Positions 57,601 through 64,000 of a stretch of DNA of 64,000 nucleotides are shown piece by piece. The position numbers and the translations under genes are program-made. Position 1 is the first letter of the stretch; the number at the start of each line of letters is the position of its first letter. The stretch covers positions 368,572 to 432,571 of the forward strand of contig JANBVJ010000001.1 in NCBI GenBank assembly GCA_024239055.1, written 5' to 3'. A model generated the notes under the pieces. That model was not told the origin of the DNA. It saw only the letters and a list, made by a program, of their open reading frames with translations, and ran no database searches. Source of the stretch: Patescibacteria group bacterium. GTDB lineage: Bacteria > Patescibacteriota > Minisyncoccia > Minisyncoccales > UBA10102.

Positions 57601-58128
57601 ACAGTAGGGAACCACCTTGTAATCCTTATATAAAAGCTTTCTGTCTGAGAACTGTTTTATCACCCACCATAAACTCTCCATATACTCTGTCTCATAAGTA
57701 ATGTAGGAATCCTTCTGGTCAATCCAAAAAGCAATACGCTCAGTTAAGTCTTCCCATTCTTTTTTATACTTAAATACAGATTCCCTGCACACCTTATTAA
57801 ACTTTGCGATTCCATACTTTTCAATATCCTGTTTTGACTTTAAGCCAAGCTTTTTTTCCACCTCAAGCTCCACGGGCAGGCCGTGCGTATCCCATCCAGC
57901 ACGCCTTCTAACATAAAATCCCTGCATGGTCTTAAAACGGCATATTATATCTTTATATGCCCGTCCCAGAACATGATGAATTCCAGGACTTCCGTTTGCA
58001 GTAGGAGGACCTTCATAAAATACAAAAGTAGACGACTTTCTGCGCCTATCAAGAGATTTTTGAAAGATATTATTTGACTTCCAGAGCTTCAATATCTGCT
58101 CTTCTCTCTCAGAAAAATTAAATGCCAT
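54685..58128 (-). CDS. ileS: Isoleucyl-tRNA synthetase carrying an internal histidine-phosphatase domain
   Basis: PPTANGSPGIHHVLGR, WTTTPWTLPGN (editing domain), KMSKSKDN. The insert at aa ~478-672 carries RHG...SH phosphatase motifs (see findings). Confidence 0.95.
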   Translation of the reverse strand: MAFNFSEREEQILKLWKSNNIFQKSLDRRRKSSTFVFYEGPPTANGSPGIHHVLGRAYKDIICRFKTMQGFYVRRRAGWDTHGLPVELEVEKKLGLKSKQDIEKYGIAKFNKVCRESVFKYKKEWEDLTERIAFWIDQKDSYITYETEYMESLWWVIKQFSDRKLLYKDYKVVPYCPRCETPISFHEVAQGYETVKEPSIYVSFKVKGKNMHLLAWTTTPWTLPGNVALAVNPDLDYVVGKKDGKTYVVAASRATAVLGEYEEIRKEKGKKLIGLKYEPVFSFGKPEEGKKVWEVVGADFVSSKEGTGIVHTAVAYGSDDFELGKKENLAMLHLVNEQGKFIESVTPWKGKFVKDADPLIIQDLKKRGLLFKEEMYEHEYPFCWRCSTPLLYYAKEGWFVNVQKDRTKLISNNKTINWVPSHMKEGRFGKWLAEAKDWTFSRERYWGTPLPVWECNNCKEYEVIGSRNDLLSKQKSKNTYYVMRHGHSERQNMDDVDLSWPENLKLHLTAKGRKEAVATAKQLKNKGIDIILSSDLLRTKETAEIIAEKLDVKFLPEKALREDDVGIFNGKLRKEAKAFFGEDDLTPYEIFEKKMRIRHPKGESYSDVKKRTYNLLKALEKKYKGKTILLISHQTPITMLETAVLGLTNKESFEYKENKSIATAQCRKLEFKHLPYNEDMELDLHRPYIDDVVLSCATCNGEMQRVKEVVDVWFDSGAMPFAQYHYPFENKNLIDKKEQFPADYISEAIDQTRGWFYTLLTISTLLGKGAPFKNVIAPAHVLDEKGQKMSKSKDNVVNPSDIMEEYGSDATRWYFYTINNPSEPKLFSEKDVALAVRKFMLPLLNSYVFYETYAKPGMSTKSSNVLDVWILSRLNSLVKETTDLLSKYDVTGAARAIESFVLDDMSLWYIRRSRSRFQNPSSRADLKQASNTLREVLLNVSKLSAPFIPFLTEHIYGELKGEMESVHLEDWPKAKTALIKKKLQEDMTLARKIVQHTLAVRAAEGIRVRQPLGKLSVKGKKLDPKLASLVVEEVNVKKIVFSSSLKTDVELDINITLELRKEGQVREIIRHIQSMRRKAGYKPSDRIRLRYSGNKELQNLIGTNSKQITQLVGVSDIQVGDRPKQVFDVEQDFLLEGMKLWMGIRKF

Positions 58129-58135
58129 ATCTCAT

Positions 58136-58164
58136 ACAATATCATTTTTAAGAGTGTTTTTCAA
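58136..58164 (-). promoter_or_regulatory. ileS promoter, TTGAAA-17-(TGa)TATTGT, 7 nt before the ATG
   Basis: -35 at 58164..58159, -10 at 58141..58136, TGA at 58144..58142, ATG at 58128. Confidence 0.55.
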
Positions 58165-58198
58165 AGTAAAAGACGAGAGCAACATTGCACTCTCGTCT
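58161..58198 (-). terminator. Terminator of the 134-aa gene
   Basis: 9-bp stem AGACGAGAG / CTCTCGTCT with a 10-nt loop, then TTTACTTTG on the minus strand. Confidence 0.55.
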
Positions 58199-58221
58199 CT
58201 TGTGACTGTCTTGCGACTGTC

Positions 58222-58626
58222 TTAGTCTTCAGGAATTGCTTCCTCGGGGATTCCAAGAATTGCTCCAAAAAATCGTTTCCGATTAGTTCCAAGCATTCTC
58301 TTGTCCACCACAGTAATCCCAACCTCATCACTACTGAGTCTAAGATACTCAGGTTTATCGGTTAAGACAACAATTCTTGCTGACTTGTGGGTATCACGAA
58401 CCTTGACTGCTTCCTCCCATGCAAGGCTCGTGGGGAATATGAATATCTCCCCAGAAGGGAAACCCATATTCGGATTCCACCCAACAATCTGAATTTTATC
58501 CTGTCCCGGATAAATTTGTTCAAATCGTAACTTGAGGCTCTCCAAGAATATCTCAAAAGTTCTTGGGGAATCAACTGCTTCGCCTCCGAATATGGCGACG
58601 ATTTTGGCTTGTGTATTTGTTGACAT
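58222..58626 (-). CDS. Orphan hypothetical protein (134 aa), alternating beta/alpha pattern
   Basis: ORF with its own near-consensus promoter, a GGAG upstream and a terminator; no motif recognised. Confidence 0.6.
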   Translation of the reverse strand: MSTNTQAKIVAIFGGEAVDSPRTFEIFLESLKLRFEQIYPGQDKIQIVGWNPNMGFPSGEIFIFPTSLAWEEAVKVRDTHKSARIVVLTDKPEYLRLSSDEVGITVVDKRMLGTNRKRFFGAILGIPEEAIPED

Positions 58627-58667
58627 GTTTACTCACTTTCTCCATGTCAGTAGCTAGAACTAATCCT

Positions 58668-58696
58668 ATACTAACACATTCTTATAAAAATGTCAA
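58668..58696 (-). promoter_or_regulatory. Promoter TTGACA-17-(TGt)TAGTAT for the 134-aa gene
   Basis: -35 at 58696..58691, -10 at 58673..58668. Confidence 0.55.
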
Positions 58697-58720
58697 GCTA
58701 TATTTATTAGATATTATCTA

Positions 58721-58749
58721 TTGACAAATCTATATTCTTATGTTATCAT
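58721..58749 (+). promoter_or_regulatory. Promoter TTGACA-17-(TGt)TATCAT for the receiver-domain gene
   Basis: -35 at 58721-58726, -10 at 58744-58749. The ~75-nt 5' UTR contains a 9-bp hairpin, CGCTGTAAG-ATTT-CTTATAGCG. Confidence 0.6.
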
Positions 58750-58824
58750 TTCTATTATCCTGAACATTACAAACAACCTCGCTGTAAGATTTCTTATAGC
58801 GAACAGCACTTTTAAGGAAAGATA

Positions 58825-59205
58825 ATGACAAAGAAAATTCTTATTGTAGATGACTCAGATGATGATTCTGATGCAGCAACAGTTGCATTGAGAGGTATCA
58901 TGGGTAGAGATGAAATATCCATAATTTACGCCAACACTATCTTGGATGCAGAGAGAAAATTCTTTGCTCCTGAAAATCAAGATATTGTTGGCATCATTAT
59001 GGATGGCCACGTCTCTGCTGGATCTACTAACGCAAAGGACACTCCTGAACTTGTAAAAGAGTTCAGAGAAACCTTTGAGGGTCCAATTATTGCTTCTTCC
59101 AGTGACTCAGCTTTAGCTGAAAGATTAGTTGAAGCTGGTTGTGATGAAGCTGGAGACAAAGGAATCGGAGTAGCAAGGATAATGCATAAACGTCTTGCTA
59201 CATAA
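58825..59205 (+). CDS. Stand-alone CheY-like receiver-domain protein
   Basis: KILIVDDSDDD (acidic pocket), GIIMDGH (putative phospho-Asp) and IIASSS (Thr/Ser position). There is no output domain and no kinase in the window. Confidence 0.6.
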   Translation: MTKKILIVDDSDDDSDAATVALRGIMGRDEISIIYANTILDAERKFFAPENQDIVGIIMDGHVSAGSTNAKDTPELVKEFRETFEGPIIASSSDSALAERLVEAGCDEAGDKGIGVARIMHKRLAT

Positions 59206-59226
59206 TAGCTCTAAGAAACGTTTAAG

Positions 59227-59262
59227 GCCAGTGGACGACTTTTGTCGAAAGCTGGCTTTTTT
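59227..59262 (+). terminator. Intrinsic terminator of the receiver gene
   Basis: GCCAG..(CGAC-TTTT-GTCG)..CTGGC, followed by T6. Confidence 0.7.
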
Positions 59263-59263
59263 C

Positions 59264-60970
59264 TTACATTTGTTCAGGAGTTTCAATACCTAAAAGATAT
59301 AAGGAGTTGGAAAGAAGTTGTGCAACTGCCGCCGTAAGCATAATACGAAAGTTCTTCTGTTCTTTGTTTTCTGCCTGGAGCACACGATGAGTATTATAAA
59401 AACTATTGTATGCCTGAGCCAACTCAATAGAAAAAGATGCAATAAGATTAGGAGAGAATCTATCTCCTGCTTCCTTTACATATTCTTGGAATCTATATAC
59501 CTGACGAAGTATTGCTTGTTCTTGTAAAGAAAAATCTGAGTATGTAGTTTTCTTAGATACTTTTGCCTTCCTTAAAATACTTTTGCATCTTGCATAAGTG
59601 TACTGAATATATGGACCACTGTCTCCTTCAATACTCAAAGACTTTTCAATATCAAATATAATATCTTTTCCAATGCCAACTCTTAGTAAAGAATACTTTA
59701 CCGCCCCCACAGCAACCTGTTCCTCCACTCCTTTCACTTTTTGAATCTCAGAGGATTCCATAAGGATAACCACGCGAGATTTCATTTCATCCAATAGGTC
59801 TTTTGCTAAAATTATGGTCCCCGTTCTACTAGACATCTTTCCTCTAGACATTCTAACCATGCCATGAGCTATATGATTGGTCTTTTCGCCCAATTCCGGC
59901 TCCATCTCCTTTAAGGCAGAAAGTAAGACCTTAAAATACCCAATGATTTCATTCCCAGTAATAATGATGGATAAATCATATTCAAAGTCCTTATACTTTG
60001 TAAGAGCTAAACCAAGTTCCTTTGCCTCATAAGTTGGAAGTCCTTTAGAATTAATGAACACTCGATTATGCAGACCCTTTTTCTCTCCTGGGTAAATCAC
60101 AGCTCCCTCACTCTCCTCAAATACACCTTTTTTTAATCCTTCTTTTACTATCTTTAACCCAACCTCTGCTGAATCTCTCTCAAAATAGTAGCTATCAAAC
60201 TTAGTTCCTAATCTTTTATACATCTCTTCAAAGTAATCCAAAGACCATTTTCTTCCTTTCTCATATATATCTTTAATATCTTTATTTAAATCAAAGATTT
60301 TTTGGTTGAGCTCTGTAATCTCTTCCTTTGCCTTCTTATTATTCTCAAAAGCAGTATTGCCCAAGGCATATGACTGACCTAAGAATTCCATCTTCTCCTC
60401 TAAGGTCTTTTTTGAAAGAACAGTCAAGGATGCCTTCTTTTTCTCCATACCCCATATTGCCTTTGCCACATGCATTCCAACGTCTCCCTGATAATTCACT
60501 CTTCTTATATTAGCTCCATTTGCCTCCAGAAGTCTGGAAATACTCTCTCCAACAATATTGCTATAAAGATGTCCAATGTGAAACTCTTTGAAGGGATTGG
60601 GATCAGTAAACTCCACAATAATCTTCTTTCCCTTTAACTCATCCCCTCTTCCGTACTTCTCCTTTTGCTTTATAACTTCTATAAACTCATTTACGAGATA
60701 ATCTCTTGAGAGAAATATATTAATAAACCCGGGACCCGCTACCTCAACTTTCTCAATGAACTTTGATTTCTGCTCCTTAATCTTCTCTGCTATTTCTTGC
60801 GCTAACTCCCTTGGGGAACGACCAAGCTTAGGGGCTGCAACCAAAGCAATATTGGTAGCGTAATCTCCATGCTCTAAGACCTCTGGATGTTCAATCACAA
60901 TCTCAAAATCCCCAATCTTCATTTCCTTGAGAACCTTTTTAAATAATATTCGAATTTCCTCGCGTATCAT
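59264..60970 (-). CDS. argS: Arginyl-tRNA synthetase
   Basis: FHIGHLYSN (HIGH), MSSRTG, and a C-terminal DALR anticodon-binding region ending ..PEQM. Confidence 0.95.
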   Translation of the reverse strand: MIREEIRILFKKVLKEMKIGDFEIVIEHPEVLEHGDYATNIALVAAPKLGRSPRELAQEIAEKIKEQKSKFIEKVEVAGPGFINIFLSRDYLVNEFIEVIKQKEKYGRGDELKGKKIIVEFTDPNPFKEFHIGHLYSNIVGESISRLLEANGANIRRVNYQGDVGMHVAKAIWGMEKKKASLTVLSKKTLEEKMEFLGQSYALGNTAFENNKKAKEEITELNQKIFDLNKDIKDIYEKGRKWSLDYFEEMYKRLGTKFDSYYFERDSAEVGLKIVKEGLKKGVFEESEGAVIYPGEKKGLHNRVFINSKGLPTYEAKELGLALTKYKDFEYDLSIIITGNEIIGYFKVLLSALKEMEPELGEKTNHIAHGMVRMSRGKMSSRTGTIILAKDLLDEMKSRVVILMESSEIQKVKGVEEQVAVGAVKYSLLRVGIGKDIIFDIEKSLSIEGDSGPYIQYTYARCKSILRKAKVSKKTTYSDFSLQEQAILRQVYRFQEYVKEAGDRFSPNLIASFSIELAQAYNSFYNTHRVLQAENKEQKNFRIMLTAAVAQLLSNSLYLLGIETPEQM

Positions 60971-61051
60971 AATAGTTTACTGTATCACAGAGCCTCAAAG
61001 AATAAAAAGGTATGATTATCTGTATTTATTGAATCATGATACACTCAATAT

Positions 61052-61498
61052 ATGGCTACATTTGCTGACAACAGAAAAGCGTGGCATGATTATGAAATAT
61101 TAGAGACCTTCCAGGGAGGTCTTTCTTTAAACGGACAAGAAGTAAAATCTATTCGGGGAGGAAGAATAAATCTAGCGGGTTCCTACGTAGACTTAAAAGA
61201 CCAGGAATTGTTCCTAGTCGGAGCAAATATACCGCCCTATCAGCCTGCAAACGCACCGGCTAACTATAATCCAGAACGCGCAAGAAAACTTCTTCTAACA
61301 GCTAAAGAAATTAGGTATTTAATCGGGAAAGTAAAGGAGCGAGGCTTGACTTTGGTACCCTTAAAGGTGTATAGTATGAAGAGCAAAATCAAGCTTGAGT
61401 TCGGACTCGTAAAATCAAAGAAAAAACAGGATAAAAGAAATATCCTAAAGAAACGCGATGCCGAACGAGAGATGAGGAAAGCTATATTACGGGGGTGA
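61052..61498 (+). CDS. smpB: SsrA-binding protein
   Basis: NRKAWHDYEILETFQGGLSLNGQEVKS and the basic C-terminal tail. TGaTACACT lies 6 nt before the ATG. Confidence 0.95.
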   Translation: MATFADNRKAWHDYEILETFQGGLSLNGQEVKSIRGGRINLAGSYVDLKDQELFLVGANIPPYQPANAPANYNPERARKLLLTAKEIRYLIGKVKERGLTLVPLKVYSMKSKIKLEFGLVKSKKKQDKRNILKKRDAEREMRKAILRG

Positions 61499-61846
61499 CC
61501 GTTTTGACAGAAATGTACTTTAAAAGCTGCAAGTCGAGGGTGTCTAAGACCTCGCAAATCCATTAGACAAGGCTTTAAATGCCAACATATTTGCCCCTCA
61601 AAGGGCACTTGCTTACGCGTAATAACGCTTAAGCCATCCCTCTTTTGAGGCTCCATAGAAAGAGAAGGGTGTCATTATGGAGATAGGCTGAGATGATAAT
61701 TCGGCGTCTTAGTTAAAATCAAACGAATTAAAGATTGAGTACACAAGGTTGCCTTGTTTCCGTACTTAATCTCAAACAAACAAGGATACACTTGTAGAAG
61801 CTTTTAAGGAAACCTTCTGGACGGGAATTCATCTTCCCCACCTCCA
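61491..61846 (+). ncRNA. ssrA: tmRNA (ssrA)
   Basis: The 5' GGGGGTG pairs with the 3' CACCTCC, including the G3-U wobble, followed by discriminator A. A T-arm-like GGGAA-TTCATC-TTCCC is present. The tag reading frame is GCC AAC ATA TTT GCC CCT CAA AGG GCA CTT GCT TAC GCG TAA TAA (61581-61625), giving ANIFAPQRALAYA**. CCA is not fully encoded. Confidence 0.85.
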
Positions 61847-61876
61847 CAAAAATAACAAAACAATCTGGCAAATAGA

Positions 61877-62374
61877 ATATACATAAATCAGCAAATAAGG
61901 GCCCATGAGGTCAGACTTGTTGACGAGACAGGAAGCCAGATGGGAATCATTCCAATAGCCGACGCCTTAAAGGCAGCGGAAGAAAAAGGGCTTGATTTAA
62001 TTCAGGTCACAGAAAAAGTAGACCCTCCTGTATGCCGTATAGGCGACTATGGAAAGTACCTCTACCAGCAGGAAAAGAAAGGGAGGGAGGGAAAAAAGCA
62101 GACTGGCGGGGAACTAAAAGAAGTTAGACTCACATATACTATGTCCCCACACGATATGGAAACGCGGGCTAAGAGAGCTGAGAAATTCCTATCAAGGGGC
62201 AGTAAAGTAAGAGTTACCCTTCCGCTTCGTGGACGACAACGGGCCCTGGAGGGATACGCAAGGGAGAAACTAACAACTTTTATTAACTCTCTGAAGGAAA
62301 TTATACCAATTAAGATTGAACGGGAGATTAAACGAGAACCTCGAGGATTATCTATCCTCATTACAAAAGGATAA
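61877..62374 (+). CDS. infC: Translation initiation factor IF-3, probable non-AUG (ATA) start
   Basis: The conserved N-terminus INQQIRAHEVRLVDETGSQ lies upstream of the first ATG (61940), in frame and open back to the stop at 61853. The candidate starts are ATA at 61877 or 61883. Confidence 0.8.
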   Translation: MYINQQIRAHEVRLVDETGSQMGIIPIADALKAAEEKGLDLIQVTEKVDPPVCRIGDYGKYLYQQEKKGREGKKQTGGELKEVRLTYTMSPHDMETRAKRAEKFLSRGSKVRVTLPLRGRQRALEGYAREKLTTFINSLKEIIPIKIEREIKREPRGLSILITKG

Positions 62375-62375
62375 T

Positions 62376-62570
62376 ATGCCAAAGATAAAAACAAGAAAAT
62401 CTATTCAGAAGCGCTTTAAGATTACCAAGACAGGTAAGGTATTACGGCGTGCAACAGGACAGGACCATTTTCGCGCAAAGAAATCTAGTAAAGCAAAACG
62501 ACAGAAAAGAAAATGGATTGTCATGCCAAAAGTTGAGGCAAAGAAAATAGTAAAAGCGCTTCACTCATAA
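62376..62570 (+). CDS. rpmI: Ribosomal protein bL35
   Basis: MPKIKTRKSIQKRFKITKTGKV; the start is 1 nt after the infC stop. Confidence 0.9.
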   Translation: MPKIKTRKSIQKRFKITKTGKVLRRATGQDHFRAKKSSKAKRQKRKWIVMPKVEAKKIVKALHS

Positions 62571-62574
62571 TCAT

Positions 62575-62919
62575 ATGGCACGAGTAAAACGAGGAGTAAC
62601 AGCAAATAAAAGAAGGAAAAATGTCTTAAAGCAGGTAAAGGGTTTTAAGTGGGGAAGAAAGACAAAATACAAATTGGCAAAGGATGCCCTCGCCCACGCA
62701 GGAGTATATTCATTTCGAGACCGCAAAGCAAAAAAGCGTGTCTTCCGTAAACTATGGCAGGTTCAGATATCAGCCGCTCTTGGAGATATGATATCCTACA
62801 GCAAATTTATTGCCGAGTTAAAGAAAAACAATATAGAGATAGATAGAAAGATATTGTCCCAACTAGGTAAAACTCGCCCTGAAACTTTCAAAAAGATTGT
62901 AGAGAAGGTAAAAAGCTAA
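62575..62919 (+). CDS. rplT: Ribosomal protein bL20
   Basis: MARVKRGVTANKRRKNVLKQVKGF. Confidence 0.95.
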   Translation: MARVKRGVTANKRRKNVLKQVKGFKWGRKTKYKLAKDALAHAGVYSFRDRKAKKRVFRKLWQVQISAALGDMISYSKFIAELKKNNIEIDRKILSQLGKTRPETFKKIVEKVKS

Positions 62920-63200
62920 ATCTTTACTCCTTCTTTGTGTAAAAGTTCCAGCTTTTTTTCAGCTCCTCCCATTCCATATCCTCCAACACTGCCGTCTTCA
63001 CGAATAACACGATGACAAGGAACCTTAGGGTTCCTGTTTTTGTTTAGAGCGTTTCCAACGGCGCGACAAGCCAAAGGTTGACCTATATACTCAGCTATTT
63101 GCCTATACGTTCTTGTTTCGCCTTTTGGGATTCTCTTGACGGCTTCTGCCACCTTTTTTTGAAAGGAGGTTATTGGCCTTTTTGAGTAAAGTCTTTGCAT
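62916..63200 (-). CDS. ogt: Methylated-DNA--protein-cysteine methyltransferase (single-domain MGMT)
   Basis: TSFQKKVAEAVKRIPKGETRTY and the active site VPCHRVI. Confidence 0.85.
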   Translation of the reverse strand: MQRLYSKRPITSFQKKVAEAVKRIPKGETRTYRQIAEYIGQPLACRAVGNALNKNRNPKVPCHRVIREDGSVGGYGMGGAEKKLELLHKEGVKI

Positions 63201-63585
63201 TAGCCCACTTTAAATGTTCCAGTCCCTCTTCATACGGAATCCATACGTATCCTATGTGCTCATGTGAGGTCCTTACGTGTCGATGTTTGGACTCCGCCAA
63301 ATAAAAAGTTACCCTTTTTCTAACTGTTTTGCCGTCTGCACGAAAGTAATACACAATCTCTTCTCGAAATCCGGGTATAAAATGCAGATGCTTCAATCCC
63401 GTCTCTTCTCTTACCTCACGCTTAATGGTGTCCGCCTCTTTTTCCCCTTCTTCAATATGGCCTTTTGGAAGATCCCAATATGCCCTGTTGGTACGTGGAG
63501 AGGGAGGATAGCGCAATAGGAGATAATGCCGTTTATTACGAATGGTTATGTAAACCACAGCGCCAGCTGAAAATTCTTTTGCCAT
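63103..63585 (-). CDS. NUDIX hydrolase
   Basis: Nudix box GHIEEGEKEADTIKREVREETGL. The 3' 98 nt overlap the MGMT gene out of frame. Confidence 0.85.
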   Translation of the reverse strand: MAKEFSAGAVVYITIRNKRHYLLLRYPPSPRTNRAYWDLPKGHIEEGEKEADTIKREVREETGLKHLHFIPGFREEIVYYFRADGKTVRKRVTFYLAESKHRHVRTSHEHIGYVWIPYEEGLEHLKWANAKTLLKKANNLLSKKGGRSRQENPKRRNKNV

Positions 63586-63586
63586 A

Positions 63587-64000
63587 TTATTTTGGAATAA
63601 TCTTTCCTATCCTTTCAAGAAATCTATTTTTAATGAAATTAATACTTAATGGAACAACTAAAATAATACCAATAAAGGCCAATAGAAATTCTACTGCTCT
63701 TATTATAAGGGCAAAAGCAGCTCCAGTGGAAGCTCCTACTCCCAAAGCCCCAAATGCAAAAGCCTGAAAAGCATCATGAATTCCAAGTGCCGCTGGTATT
63801 GGAATAAGCATTGAGATATAGAAAAAAGAAAGAATTGATAAAATAGGAAGAAGGCTAATTGTCTTTCCCAAGAAGATTATCAGAAGCCACGCACGAGCCA
63901 AGGCAAAAAGATTTTTAATAACAGACCACATCAGCCCCTCCCAGAATCTGGGATTGCGGAATGTAAAGAAGCGGAATACCTCCCGCTCCAACTCCAATAT
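63587..64000 (-). CDS. Polytopic membrane protein, probably N-terminally truncated by the window edge (flippase-like/UPF0104-like)
   Basis: Hydrophobic ORF. The track's 'M' at 63997 is a TTG, and the frame is open to the window edge. Confidence 0.5.
   Translation of the reverse strand: MLELEREVFRFFTFRNPRFWEGLMWSVIKNLFALARAWLLIIFLGKTISLLPILSILSFFYISMLIPIPAALGIHDAFQAFAFGALGVGASTGAAFALIIRAVEFLLAFIGIILVVPLSINFIKNRFLERIGKIIPK

Noticed and set aside
63154-63160. Programmed -1 ribosomal frameshift on the A AAA AAA heptamer linking NUDIX to MGMT
   Set aside because: A -1 slip leads into the third frame, which terminates after ~20 codons, not into the MGMT frame. Only a 1-nt deletion or +1 shift would fuse them.
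1-64000. Alternative genetic code (UGA recoding, as in some CPR lineages)
   Set aside because: Every conserved housekeeping gene reads full-length with standard stops, several ending in TGA at the expected C-termini (for example smpB and ftsZ). There are no in-frame TGA interruptions.
1-64000. CRISPR arrays, rRNA genes, transposases, integrases or prophage blocks
   Set aside because: I saw no regularly spaced short repeats, no rRNA-like sequence and no recombinase motifs in any long ORF. The only mobile-type gene is the LAGLIDADG ORF.

Overview
The window reads as a gene-dense, roughly 40% GC, small-genome bacterium. My inference is a CPR/Patescibacteria-like lineage: there are almost no Shine-Dalgarno sequences, many 1-4 nt gene overlaps, LTD-domain surface proteins, and a short ComEC and a short Mfd. 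Most of it is housekeeping, largely on the minus strand. It encodes eight aminoacyl-tRNA synthetases or related enzymes (hisS, leuS, metG, glyQS, ileS, argS, plus tsaC and pth). It also encodes ftsA-ftsZ, clpB, htrA, glmS, folD-glyA, topA, mfd, recO, smpB-ssrA-infC-rpmI-rplT and one tRNA-Leu(CAA). The ORF track omits the largest gene: a minus-strand ORF of at least 1,507 codons runs from 4521 off the left edge and encodes a secreted LTD/beta-helix protein. The items most worth a second look are these. (1) A complete histidine-phosphatase domain sits inside the catalytic core of IleRS. (2) A single 876-nt ORF has about 62-68% GC in four hand-counted 60-nt blocks, against about 42-43% in two flanking host blocks, yet carries host-type promoter, SD and terminator. 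(3) Two GC-enriched, heavily base-paired RNAs have near-consensus promoters and match no RNA class I can recognise by eye: a ~255-nt promoter-to-U-run RNA upstream of tsaC, and a ~340-nt structured leader upstream of an M20 peptidase. (4) The tmRNA 5' end overlaps the smpB stop codon. (5) Operon-leading housekeeping genes have an extended -10 box 6-8 nt before the ATG (leaderless architecture), whereas the orphan accessory genes carry SDs. I cannot run any database or covariance-model search. All family calls rest on motifs read in the translations, and all RNA structures are hand-folded.
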